Assembly (NCBI GenBank): GCA_010093995.1 | Contig: ML992514.1 | Coordinates: forward strand, 336,084-400,083 | Direction: 5' to 3' | Origin: Elsinoe ampelina | Taxonomy: Eukaryota | DNA: 64,000 nucleotides | Shown: in pieces, positions 27,130 through 40,730 of the stretch | Layout of the letters: each line of letters opens with the position of its first letter | Position numbering within the stretch: the stretch's first letter is position 1 | The notes under the pieces: model-generated | What the model was told of the DNA's origin: nothing | What the model saw: only the letters and a program-made list of their open reading frames with translations | Database searches by the model: none | Made by a program: the position numbers and the translations under genes

Positions 27130-28145
27130 GTCTGAGGTGAGACGCAAGGTCTACTGACCTCTTGTGTCAAGATCTCGATGAACGACCTTCATTCGGCTGG
27201 GTTGTGATGACAGGTGTGGTCCTCAATGCCCTGCTCTTTCTCTACTCGCTGAGTTACGAAGTACTGAAGCTACGGCGAGCGAGATGCGATCGAGATGTGT
27301 ATAGCGGAGGCGCCGCTCATGTTGGCACGAATGCGCCCAGAGTCTCAGTGTGCTCGGCTTGTGCTTTGTGTGGCCGACAGTCTTGTACAATGTTTCTGAG
27401 AGTCTCGGTAACTTTCTGGGAGAAGCAAAAGGATTTCGTGCCTGTCTGTAGCAAAAAGTATGGTTCCTGTAGGCTCGACTGGCTCGTGCCTCTGTGCAGT
27501 AATAACGTGCAGGAGTAGGACGTCGCCGTTTCACGCTACCCGATGTAGGGCAGAAGCGCAAGATCCGGGGTCGTATTCGGCCGTTGAGAAGGGCGACACG
27601 AGTCTTTGAGGATGTTGTCTGATGACAGGCAATGTCGCGAGGATACTCCGCTCCCTCTACCAGTACTACCTACCAGAGCAACACGGTCAAGTTCAAGCGA
27701 TGACGGGCCGGGTCAAGGAATGCGCTTGTTTCCTTAAACTCTGCGCTTTACCTCTCTGGGGTATAGCACAGAGTTGCTTTGCTTTGCTTTGCTTCACCAC
27801 CTCAGTACTACCAGGACGGCTTCCACGTCCTTTGACATGTCAAAAAGAAACGGTCTTGTGTAATGGTCAAATCTTGTGGAACTATTCTTAGCCCATCGCT
27901 TACCTGTCTGGTAGTTAATCTGACTTTATGCCCTCGCAACAGTGTTCACCTGGTCAAAGTGAGAAAATGTTTCATTAGAGGGTTTTAGCAGCTGTCGGTC
28001 GAGTGACAGCCAGTGGGTCTGTGGCTTGTTAGCGTCCGCCGCCGTTGTACTCCTTCCTCACCAAAATAGCTAGCGGCCGGCGTACAATTCGAGCACCTTA
28101 GCGTAATCCTTCTACAGTGCTAATATTTGCTACCTCGTCGTCAAT

Positions 28146-29294
28146 ATAGAGCGTAAATTTGTCTAAAAAGGTGTTAGTGCAATTATAGAGGACAAAGAGC
28201 TTAACTTTAATAAGATATTACTTATCTATCTATACCTCCTCTGCTGCTATTGACTTAATTGCCCTTGCCGCTGCTATAGCGCTAAATATAAGAAGAAGCG
28301 CTCTGTCTATTAGTATAGAAAGCCTTATCCTTATTAGTAGTTTGACTAGGATATAGACTAGTAGTATAATAACTCTTTCTATAACAATATAAGGTTCTCT
28401 AAAGGCTAAATCCTCGAGCTAGTATAGCTACTCCGGATCGAAGAACTATAATATAGTAATTGTAATTAGCTATTAGTAGAGATAGCTATCTATATAATAC
28501 TTTACTAATTAACTTATCTAAACTAGTAGAATAAGATTTACTATATTTTTAGCTACTCTTAAGGTTAGCTATCTAGTGTCTTTATTAACGTAATTATATA
28601 CATCGATAGCCTCTTCTATAATAAGGTTACTTAGTATCCTTAGCTAGATAACTATAAGCTTCTAGAGTAATTTACTAAGGCTATTAGTAATACTAGAGAG
28701 TGTAATTAGATCTAGAGTTTTATTAATAGTACCTTTAAAGGCTTCTAAAGACCTACTATTAGTTAGTAGCAAGTCTATAGTAGCTATTATAGCAGCTATA
28801 GCCTTAAATTTCAAGGCATTATTATACTAGATAGATTAATAAGCTTGCTTATTAGACTCTTTAGTAGTAAGAAGAATAACTAGACAATGTAGAATTTATT
28901 AATTATAAAGGATAAACTCTACTATATTAACGCTAGATATATACTAGAGAGAGAGCACTTATACCTCTATAGTAACGCTACCTATTATAATAGTAAATTA
29001 GTAATAGTACTATTTTAGTATAAGACTAGCTAGTAGTTTCTTAGTAATCGAGAGTTAGCTTTTAATACTAAGATGTCGTTAATAAGAATTATAATCGAGA
29101 ACGGCTTTAGTAAAGTATAGTAGAAGTAGATATATATAGGCTTTATAAAAGGCCTATATAGAGGTAAGTAACTAGTTAGCTCCTTCTATTAAATAGTAGT
29201 ATTACTTACTAATATCTATACCTATTTAGAAGGCTCTAATAGTATATCCTTATAGTTTAATTATAATCCGCTATTAGTAGAAGAATATTTATAG
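28146..29294 (+). pseudogene. RIP-killed Harbinger DDE (DDE_Tnp_4-type) transposase, ~383 codons
   Basis: Single frame reads I*SFINSTF (=IWGFIDGTF), YSLKFQG (=HGLKFQG), NN* (=NDW), LYSNATY (=LYGDAAY), FNTKMSLIRIIIENGFS, LLTNI..., PLLVEEYL*. Confidence 0.9.
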
Positions 29295-29632
29295 ATTAAA
29301 GAGATTACTAAGGTAGAGGTATAAAGTTAAAGAGCTTAAAAAAGTACTAAGTCTAAAAAAAGTAACTAAGGTAACAAAGATATAGAGGTAGCTATAAGGG
29401 TAGCGACTAATACTAGTATTTAGTTTTATATAACAATTCTTATATTAATTAATTCTTTAGCGGATTTAGAGTTAATTAATATATATATCGTTATAATATT
29501 TAGTATATAATACTTTTATCTTAAAGCTTAGAGATCTATCTATATTAGCTTTACCTAGTGTAAGATAGACCGAGATAGACACGTAATATAAATTGTACTT
29601 AATAAGGCACGTAGTAGTATCCGTGCCAGTTT

Positions 29633-29834
29633 TAATACGAGATAGATACGAACTAGATTTAGTTAGGATACAGTTTAAATTAGTTATGTAATCTCGGTAT
29701 TATAGCCTAGGCTTCTAGCTACTTTGCCCTCGATATTATATATGCTTTATACACTAGTTTTCTTCTTCTTTTTCTAAGTGTTAATATCTTAATAAATAGA
29801 TATAATTAACCTTTTATCTTACTAGTTGTAATTA
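29633..29834 (+). repeat. 5' LTR of Gypsy-A
   Basis: Colinear 202-bp direct repeat of 50511-50712; differences are almost all transitions. Confidence 0.93.
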
Positions 29835-32800
29835 CTATATCGAGACTTCGAAACGACTATAACTAAGTAATAGAGCTATTAAACTATCTAGTTATTCTAC
29901 TACTTACGTAACTACTAATAACTACTACTTATAAAGAATTAAAGAATTAAAGAAGAAGCTATTACAACTATAGTTCCTGCGCACACTATAATAGATTCTC
30001 GCTACTACTATATAGGTTAATACTATAAACCTTAAAGATATAAGAAGAAGGTAATAAGTCGAGTTATAGATAACTCTTAAAGAAAGTAGGCTACTAGCTA
30101 AAAATTTTAATATTTCCTTTGTTACGTATTAACGTTTTATACTGTTTTATTTACGACTAACTATGCTAAGTATAGCTTAATCTAACTATAGCGATAAAGA
30201 GCGCTACTAAAGTAAGCTACTTTAACTTATCTCTAACAATAATAACGCCTCTATCTACTCTCTCTCTACTATAATCTTTTTGCTCTGTCTAACGCTATAC
30301 TCCTTAAGAAGCTATAGGAAGAGTATAGTATATAGGCACTAAGAGACGTATTTAACTATATTAAGTCCTTCTATAATAAGTAAACCGCGTAGGTAAAAGG
30401 CACTTATACTAATACTCTCTACTATTACTACGAGTTAGATACTACTTAGGCCTAGCTTAGTAACCTCTAATTCGAACTAGATATATCTTAGTCCTATACT
30501 AACGGCGTTACTACCTAAGCTACTCGCTACCTAGATAAAATCTAAAAGCTTAAGGCTAAGGTAAACTAACTAAGAAACGAGATAGAGCGTAGTATACTAG
30601 CTCTTTCTATATATAGCTCTACCTTGTTAGAAAAGATACTAGACTCTACTATCTTTAGTATAGGTACACTAGAGTAGTTCGAGGTCTTTAAGTACTAGAT
30701 AAAGAATAAGATATATACTAATATAGATCGTTTCTCTATAAGGGACACCTAGTTTACCTATCTATACTTATACCTCTCTAGAGAAGTCTATACCCTTATT
30801 ATAGACTTAGCTAGTAATAACGTTATTAGCGTTAAAGAGGTTCTTACTCTCCTAGCCTAGCGCTTTAAGGATCCTAACTATAGAGCTACTATATATACTT
30901 AGTTTACTAACCTCTTCTAGCGTAATAGCATATTTAACTCCTTTATTAGCGAGTTTAATAAGTACGTCCTTTACGCTAAGATCGCTAAAGAGAAGTAGCT
31001 ATACTAGATCTATTAGAAGATATCTAATAAGCTATATAATACTCTAGTTAACTATAACACTAATAACCTTACTGCCTTTATTACTAAGGCCTACGCTACT
31101 AACTATAACATCTAATAGAATAACCTTATTACTAAGCGCACTTAGGCTTTACGTTCTATACTAGCTATAAGCTACGCCGCTACTATACTTACTTATATAT
31201 CTTATTCTACCTCTACGCCTATAGCTCTATTTACCTTTTACTCTATCGCTAGAGGTGCTCTATAGCCTTTTCGTCTAGCTCTAGTACTTACCTATTACGT
31301 ATATAGTAAGCCTAGATATATCTCTACTAAGTGTATAGCTAGTACCTTAGAGAAGGCTACTTACGCTACTATACGCTCTATACGTATTAGCGCCGTAGAG
31401 GAGATATAGTAGCTTTAGAATTGCTTAGCCGAATTAAGTAACTAGATCGACACTAGTTCGGCCTATAAACTAGATCTAGTTTAGCCTTAGTTTAACCCTA
31501 AAATAGACTATAAGTCTACTAGCTACTCTAGCTAGAGAAATAAGTAGCTAAAGAATAAGTTCTATTCTCTAGCGGAATAAGAGCAATTTAAAATAAATTT
31601 AAAGAAGGTATATATTTAATAAACAGCGTTATTAGCTACTACATCCCCGCTATTATAACTCCTATTACTATTTACGACCCTTATAACTACTCTTATACTA
31701 TTACGCTCTAAGCCTTTATCGACACTAGCGCGCTTATCGGCGCTATAGTTAATTATAACGTCCTTAACAAGCTAAAGAGCTTCGGCTACCCCGTAACGTT
31801 AGCTAGCTCTATTTAGCTTTAGGCTTATAATAGTGTTCTAATAGAGTAAGTTACTTATAGTGTTTCTCTTACTACTACTATCTCTAGTAAGCTAAACGCC
31901 CTTACTACCTTTCGTATTATAGATATTAGCCGATTCAACATTATCCTTAGCCTTAGCTAGCTTAAGGCTAACAAGGCTACTATCGATTATAAATACAGCT
32001 AAGTTACGTATAAAGAAGAGTTTTTACTAGTCGTTATTAAGTAGGAGCTACTATAGCTAATTAAAAGACTAGGATCTAGATCTAAGCCTAGCTTAGATCT
32101 AGGAATCTAGCTCGGCAAAGCTACTACTCTAGTTTAGAACTAGTTTAGTTCTAGTTTAACTTATAAACTAGGTTCTAGCTTAGCTACTAAGATAGAACGA
32201 ACTAGACTATATCGACTATTAGCTCTTAGGTCGAACTTTAAGCTAAATTAGAGAGAGTTTAAGCTAATCTCCTATAGTACTTAGTTAATGTATAAGTTCT
32301 TCTACGTACTTGCCTACGTAAGTAATACTAAGTAAGAAGAGCTAACTATTGCTTTTATTAGCGCTACTACCTTTATATTAGTAGCTAAATACTAAAAGAA
32401 TAAGGTATTTATAATCTTAGTAAAGAATATCGAGGACTACTACTAAATAGCCTCCGAACTAGAACTAGACTCTATAGTAGTTCTCCTAGAGGAGCTATAA
32501 GAGTTTACTAATGTCTTCTCTAAAGAGTAATCTAACACGCTTCCTCTATATCGGCCGGATTTTAACAATCGAATTATACTTAAGGATAGAGCTAAACTAC
32601 TACGTACTAAACCCCTATACTACCTATTACTAGAAGAGCTCGATATAGTAGAATAGTTTATCTATAAGTACCTTAATAAAGACTTTATTATACTAAGCTT
32701 AGCTAGCTATTCCTTACCTATTCTTTTTATTTATAAGTCTAGTAGCAAACTTTGCCTTTATATTAATTACTATAGCCTTAACGAGGTAACTAAGTAAGAT

Positions 32801-34878
32801 ATCTATTCTCTCTCTCTTATTAAAGAAACACTTACGCGCGTAAGTAAGACTAAATAGTTTAGTAAGATTAACATTTATTAAGTCTTCTACCGCCTCTATA
32901 ATTCTATTAATAGTAAAGACCTTACTATATTCTCTATATATATAGGTAACTTTAAGTAGCTAGTAATACTATTTAGCCTTACTAATGTCTCTACTATATA
33001 GTAGAGATTTATAAATTATAACTTTATTAATATACTAGAGTGCTTTATATCGATCTATCTAGATAATATTCTTATCTATACTAATAGCTCCTACTAGGAG
33101 TATACTAAGCATATTAAGCTAGTACTCTAGAGGCTCTACGAATTAGGCCTAAATGCTAATATTAAGAAGAGTAAGTTCTACCTAATAGAAGTAAAGTACC
33201 TTAGTATTATCGTTAGCTAAGATAGAGTTAAGATAGATCCTAAGAAGATAGAAGCTATACAAGCGTAGAAATAGCTAGCCTCTAGTAACACTACTTAGGT
33301 AAGGAGCTTTATTAGCTTCTATAGCTACTACTATTGCTTTATTAAGGGATTTAGCACCATCGCTAAACTACTAAACGATCTACTTAAAAAGGACACTATA
33401 CTATAGAACGACAAGTATACTACTATATTTAATTATATAAAGTATACTATTATAAGTATGTCTATCCTTATATACTTTAATTACTTAAAATAAATAGTCC
33501 TTAAGATAGACGCCTCTAATACTACTACCGCTAGAATTCTATTATAATATAATAAGTCTAATATTCTCTAGTCTGTTACCTTTTTTAGTAAATCTATTAA
33601 TAAAGCCGAACGTAATTACGCTATCTACGACAAGGAACTATTAGCTATTATCTAAGCCTTTAAGGAGTAGGCCCCCGAGCTTATAAGTACTTAATCTAAT
33701 AAGGCTATCTATGTTCTTACTAACTACTAATCCTTAATACACTTTATAAAGACTTAGAAGCTATTACGCTACTAAGTGCGCTAGGCTCTCTACCTTATAT
33801 AGTTTAACTTTAAGATTATATATAGGCCTAGCGCTACTAACGGTAAAGCTAACGTACTTATAAGGAGAAATAGAGACGTACTATATTTAAAAGAAGACTC
33901 TAATCTATACTAGACACTACTACTATATAAGGTGCTAGATTAGCGCATTATTAACAAACTAAATCCAGGTTGCATTTAAACTGGATTACTAATCTAAGCC
34001 GAACTAAGATCTAGTTTAGTATCTAGTTCGCGAACTAGTTTAGTATCTAGTTCGTCTCCTATTTCGCCTCCTATTTCGCTACCTATATCGGCGCCTATTT
34101 CGGCTACTAAACTAGGCATCTACGTAGCACCTATCTTAGCTATAGAAGAGTCTTTACCTCTTTTCGATAAAGTAGCTAAAGCTAACCTACGAGACTCTAA
34201 TTTTAAGACAGTTCGTAGCATCTACTATATAATAGAAGCCTTCCTAAAGAGGAAATAGCTACTATCGACCGATGTTATAATTAAAAAGAGAATACTATAG
34301 GCTAATAGCTAACTAATCGTGCCTTTCTCTATAGCTATAAAGGTTATCTAAGGAGTTTATATATCGAAGGATTATACACACGTAGGAGCTACTAAAATAG
34401 CTACTATAATTAAGTCTACTTTCTATATCCCTAGATATAATAGTAACGTTAAGAGGTTCGTCGCTAACTACTATAACTATAAGCGCTTAAAGGCTCGCTA
34501 TAGCTTACTAGCCGGCCTTCTATCGCTATTACCTATTCCGGTAAGACTATAGTAATATATTACTATAGACTTTATTACTAGTCTACTCTTAGTAGACAGC
34601 TATAACGTAGTACTCTATATTGTCGACTACCTATCTAAGGAATGGTATTTAATTCTATACTTCTCTAGAGAAGGCGACACTTTAGCGTTTAAGACTACTA
34701 AGCTATTATTCTTCTACGTATAGAAACTATATAGTCTACTAAATAGTATTACCTTAGATTACGGCTCTTAGTTCGTTAGCAACGTATAGAAAAGGCTCTA
34801 CTAAATTCTAAAGATTACTACTAAACTGTCTACTATAGGGCATCTATAAATAGACAGCTAATTAGAGGTTATAAATTA

Positions 34879-37800
34879 TGTTAAGAATATAGCTCTCTCT
34901 AGATAATTAGGTTATAAAGTTATATAACCTTAAGTTATGTAATGCTAAGGCCTAGGGATTTATAGCTGTTCTTTCTTCTAGTAGATAGACTCCTTTTAAT
35001 TAATTAACTCGTCTATTACCTAATTAGTGTACGATTAGTTCTATATAATATTTCACCTCTAAACGTGCCTTCTACTTAATAGGTTATAAGCCCGGAGCTA
35101 TAGCACAAGTATAGGATTATATATACCGTAGTTAAGTATCTACGTTATTAAAATCAGGCCGGATTCTATTAGTATTCTCCTCTATTTCTCCTTTATTATC
35201 TTAATCTTAGATAGATTAGTAGAGGTAGTATAAAGCGTAAAAGACTAGTTGCTTAGTATATTAAGTAGGATATATTAAGACGTCTACTATAGATTTATTT
35301 CTATAATTGCATAACAGCTGCTATTTATTAGCTATAAACAACTAAATAATATTTGTTTTATTACTGTTTTCTCTCTTAAGATTAAGTACCTATTAATCTT
35401 ATTAACAATTATCTAGTTAAGACTAGTATAGAGATCTTAACACCTAGAAGAATTAACTTAAAGGTTATTAACCTCTAGATTCTAACCTTTATTTATTTAT
35501 TTATAAAGTTCTTTTCTACTCTAGAACTTATCTTTAGCTATAGAAGACAATAATACCTAATTAAGGTAGCTAGTACCTACACTTTCTAAAGATAACTATA
35601 AGAAGTAGTTCTAATAAAAAGAGCTCTAGCTTATATTAAAGAAGGTATTATAGACCCTTACTTCCCTTACTAAACTATTAGTAATAACTCTAGGGTTATT
35701 ATTAACTTCCTTATTTAACTTCTAGTATTTTCCTCTATTAGTAAAGGAGAATAGTGCTATCCTTTACTAGATCTATAGATATATCTTTAAGAGAGATTAA
35801 GAGATAATTTAGAAATAGTAGTAGGCTAAACTAGCTTAGGAGAAGCTAAAGAGCAAGTATATAAAGTAGATAGGTATATAGGTAAGACAACTTTAGAAAG
35901 AGTTTATAATATATACTATAGGTAATAATATAACTATCTTAGATACCTAGTTATACCTAACTATATTAGGAAGAAGAATTAATAAGTCTTTAGAGATTAA
36001 GTAATACTCCTTACTAATAATAAGAATTTAAAGACTACTTAGTACTCTTCTAGCTTTATAGTTAACTACAAGAGATGCTTTAGATACTTAACTCTACCTT
36101 AGTATAGATAAGATCTATAATATTCTTAAAGAAAAGGAAGTATAAAAGGGAAAAGGGAAATCTACTATATTTATAAGAGGTAGGCTATAATAAGGAACTA
36201 GTAGGAGCTTAAATTATATATATATCTTATATAAGGAACCTAGATATTCTATATTAAGGTGTCCTTATCTCTAATAAGCTAAGAAGTATGTCTAGCTATT
36301 CTATAGAGTTACTAAAAGAAGTAGCCCTATAAGGAGGTAGTTACCTAAGCGCTAGAAACTACTTAAACTTATAAGATAGCTTACTAAGAGAATAGACTTC
36401 CTTAAAGTAGCTAAATTAAGAAGGAGAGGTAAAGCCTATCTAGCTACTAAGAGTAGTTTATTATTAATATCTCTATCTCTACTACTAGAAGTTCTATTTA
36501 GGGATAAAGAGCTTAAAACTATAGGTTCTACATTAGAGGTTTAAGGTAAGCTTCTATATTATTAGTAGATACTTAACTCTAGAGTATCTAACTATATAAT
36601 AGACAAGCTAACCCTCTTTAGAGGCCTATTAAGCAAGATTTATACTTAATAGATCTAGGTTAGAGAGGGTTACCTTTAGTTATAGTTAATAGGAACTATA
36701 GTTATTAAGACTAAGAAGGGAGATAAGATAAAGATATAAGCTCTTTATATACCTAATCTTAGTATTAATTTAGTCTCCTATTATAAGCTATACTCGGATT
36801 TAAAGGTTTCTAAAGTTCTTAATTTAAATTCTTTTCTTATTCTTAATTAGTAAAAGTAACTATTACTTAAAGCTAGAATTTAAGGGGGGGTATATATTAT
36901 CTAATCCCTCTTTAAGTAATTAGCTAATTAAAAGCTATATTCTAGATCTAAGCCTAGCTTAATTCTAAATCTAGCTAATTAAGATTTAGTATTCCTTACT
37001 ACCTAGCTTATAATTATATTATAGACTAAGTATATATATCTAACCTAGAATAAGTAATAAGAGAATCTTATTAACTTAGGACCTAATAACTCTAAGATAG
37101 AGTATTAGCTCTAGTATAGGAGATTTACTTACCTTAGGATTAAGAAGCTTAAGGATCTTTATAAAGTTATAACCCTTAAGAAACCTATTAACCTAAACTA
37201 TAATCTATCTATTCTATATAAGGTCTATTCCCTTACTAAGATAAGGAATAGAAGAGGTAAAACCTTATAGAGAAGACTAAAGGTTCTTTAGCTTATCTAT
37301 ACTAACATCTATAGCCTAATTAAAGTAAGTAAAGAAGGATTTAGATACTTCCTAGAGCTTATAGATAGCTACTTAAGGATAATATAGATTAGTCTACTTA
37401 AGATAAGAGATAAAGCTCTATAAAGGCTTATTAAGTAAAAGCTAAGAGTTAAGAAGGAAAGTAATACTAAGGTTAAGGTTACTAGATTAGATAATACTAG
37501 TAAACTTAATAAGATCCTAAAGTAGTAAAAGCGCTAAGAAGGTATCTATTATATAACTACTAAGCTATATAATTTAATTTAGAATAGACTAGTAGAGAAA
37601 GACATCTAAACCTTAGAGAATAGCATAAGAGCAATACTTAAGGACTTAAAAATACTAAATAAGTTCTAGCCTAAAGTAGTTTAGGTAGATATATATCTAA
37701 GAAACAGAATAGTAACTAGACCTATAATTAATAATAAGCAAGTTATACCTATTAAGGCCTATATAGGTATTAAGCTATTAGTTAATTATATTAGAGTCTA

Positions 37801-40222
37801 GAGCTATAAGGTATATACCTATATAAACCTAAAGTCCCTTTCTATATATAGAAGAAAAGATAAGCTTATAGATAGAGGAAGAATAGGAATATTTCTTAGC
37901 TATATAGATAAATCTAATAGGATATATAAGATATAGGCACCTAATAGAAAGGCAGTAATTATATTACTAAATGTTAAATTCTCTAAGTTTAAGAAAGGTA
38001 GTAATATTAATCTTAGTATTAGAATTAATACTATAAGTAATTAAGTACTAGTTAGAAGACTAGTTAGTAGACTAACTTAGATTTAGACTAAGGTTAGATC
38101 TAGGATAGACTAACTAAATTAGCCTATTTAGAATAAAGTACCTATAGGGAAAATCTTCTTATATATTAAGATCCTAAGGGTTAACTCTATTAACCTTATA
38201 GATTTCTAACGTAGAGAAGAGCTAATAGTTTAATCTTTACTAACTAACTATATAAGTTAATTACTTAAGAGATTAAGAGATAATAACTCTAATAATAAAG
38301 GCTCTAAAGCTAAGTACTATAAAGCTTTTATTACTAAGTATATTAATTAGCAAGATAAGATTAATAAGATTACTATAATAGCCTCTATTAAGTAATATGT
38401 CCTAATCCTAAGGGACTACTATAAGGCTATTACTAATCTAGTATAGGGAAGTAAATAGCAGAAAGTAATTAATATAGAGCTTAATACTCTATACTTAAAT
38501 AATATATAGAAAGAGGTTATTTCTCTAAAGGGATCTAACTTAGTAATATCTAAATAGGTCTTTAATATTAAGTATAACATAGATAGCTCTATTAAAAAGT
38601 TTAAGGCTAGACTAGTTACTAGAGGCTTCTTATAGAAGTATAGTATTAACTATAAAGACACATTTATACTAACAGTTAGAGTAGATATACTTAGGCTATT
38701 CTTCGCTATTATTTATATATATAACCTTAAGTGTTACTAGATAGATATTAATAACACCTTTATAAAGTCCTTTCTTTATAAAAGGATTTATATAAAGCTA
38801 CTACCTAGACTAAAGGTTAGTCCTAGATTTACCTTCTAGATTCTAAGGAGCTTATATAGACTTAAGTAAGCTACTAGAGACTAGAACTAGTACTATATCT
38901 CTAAGCTCCTAAAGCTAGACTTTACTTAGAGCAAAGTAGACCTCTATCTTCTTATATACTATAATAAGAAGATTATTCTTTTAGTTTATATTAATAATAT
39001 ACTATTTATAGTATAAAGTAAGGAGAATATCTAGTAGTTTAAGTAAGAACTTAGTAAGATCTTTAAGATTAAAGATCTTAGTAAGGTTAATAAAGTTCTT
39101 AGGGTTAAGGTTATAAGGGATAGACAATAAGGCACCTTAAGACTTAATTAAACCTACTATATAGATAATATACTATAGAGGCTTAATATAACCTCTAATA
39201 AGGTTACTCTAATAAAGTAGCTAATAGATAATAAGCTCCCTTAAAGAGCTTAGAAAGATAATATAAGGTTTAGTAGAACTAAGTACTTATATACTATTAG
39301 AAGCTAGATATACCTTAGTACCCTAATAAGGCTAGATACTGCCTTTACCTTAGGAAGGCTAAGTTAGTTTATAGTAGATCTAATAGATAGTTATACTATT
39401 AAGATAAAGAAGATATTAAGATATATTAGATTAACTAAAGATCTTAGTATTATATTTAGAAGGAATAGAAATAAGACCCTTAAGAGATACTCTAATTTAG
39501 ACTATACCTTAGATAAGTTAGATAGGGTCTCTATTCTTAGATATGTCTTTATACTTATAGGTAGTTCTATTAGCTAGATAAGTAGGAAGTAGAAGTCTAT
39601 TTTAACCTCTACTATAGAGGCTAAATATATAGTAATATACTCTTATATAAAGAGATTATAGTTCCTGTCTTAGTTACTAAGAGATATAGGCTATTATAAA
39701 ATAGTTAGGTAATTACTATAGAGGCTAACTATAAAGGAATCTTAGAAAGTAATAATAAGATTACCCTTTACTACTAGAATTAATAGTAATAACTAAGTAG
39801 CTCTTTTACTTATAAAAGAGCTATATACTTATAAAAGGGTAAAGTATATTAATATCGCTTACTACTACGTTAGGAGGCTATAGAGGGACTAGAGGATTTA
39901 AGTAGAGTTTATAAGGATAGTAGATATAGTAGCTAATAGGTTAACTAAGCTATTATAAGGTTTATAAAGCAACTTAGCTTATTATTAACCTAATAGCTTA
40001 TCTATAGAAGCTAAGTAGGAGTATTAAGAATATAGCTCTCTCTAGATAATTAGGCTATAAAGTTATATAACCTTAAGTTATATAATGCTAAGGCTTAGAG
40101 ATTTATAGCTGTTCTTTCTTCTAGTAGATAGACTCCTTAATTAATTAACTCGTCTATTACCTAATTAGTGTACGATTAGTTCTATATAATATTCTACCCC
40201 TAAACGTGCCTTCTACTTAATA
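34879..40222 (+). mobile_element. Full-length Ty1/Copia element (Copia-B), RIP-inactivated, inside the Gypsy-A integrase
   Basis: LTRs 34879-35081 and 40022-40222; PBS-like GGTTATAAGCCC at 35082; zinc knuckle ~36217-36265; PR *ILNSRVS (=WILDSGAS) ~36566; RT LVYINNI (=YVDD) ~38981; RNaseH STIEAKY ~39608. Flanks AATTA/TAAAG do not match. Confidence 0.92.
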
Positions 40223-40730
40223 TAAAGTTATATAAGTACTTAGACTACTAGTGCTTCCTTATAGACTAGTCTTGTTACTTTCCTATAAAAATTTAACTCT
40301 CTATATTTGCTTATTACATTAGTACTATTCTTTTCTAGTATAGAGTAGGTAAGAGCATTACTATACTATAGGTAGTAAACGTATAGATAGCTATCTAATA
40401 CCTATATAGCTTCTCCGAAATATCCCTATACTTGTCTAGTTCTTAGTTTTAAGTTCTAGTATAGTATATAGAACTCCTTAGAGTAACTATAGCGAGATAC
40501 CTAAAGTGTTAAGTTCTACTACGTTAAGAAGCTTTAGAGATCTATTTATTCGTTAGAACGTACTAAGGGATTAAGCGTTAGACACTTTAGAAGATGCTAT
40601 TATATAGGCTAACTACTCTTGTCGTATTATTATATAGTAAAACGATAGTTAAGCAAATCTTAAGGGATAGAGATTACTATAACTAATAGAGTTAATAGAA
40701 GATATAGTTATAGATCGATTAGATCGTTAG
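40223..40730 (+). pseudogene. 3' part of a RIP-killed intron-containing gene of unknown function
   Basis: Intron-like GTAAGA..CTAAT..TAG 40349-40409 followed by a protein-like frame; weak support. Confidence 0.3.

Noticed and set aside
28200..28850. Protein-like minus-strand frame inside the Harbinger left arm
   Set aside because: Antisense shadow of the plus-strand transposase, which carries the catalytic motifs.
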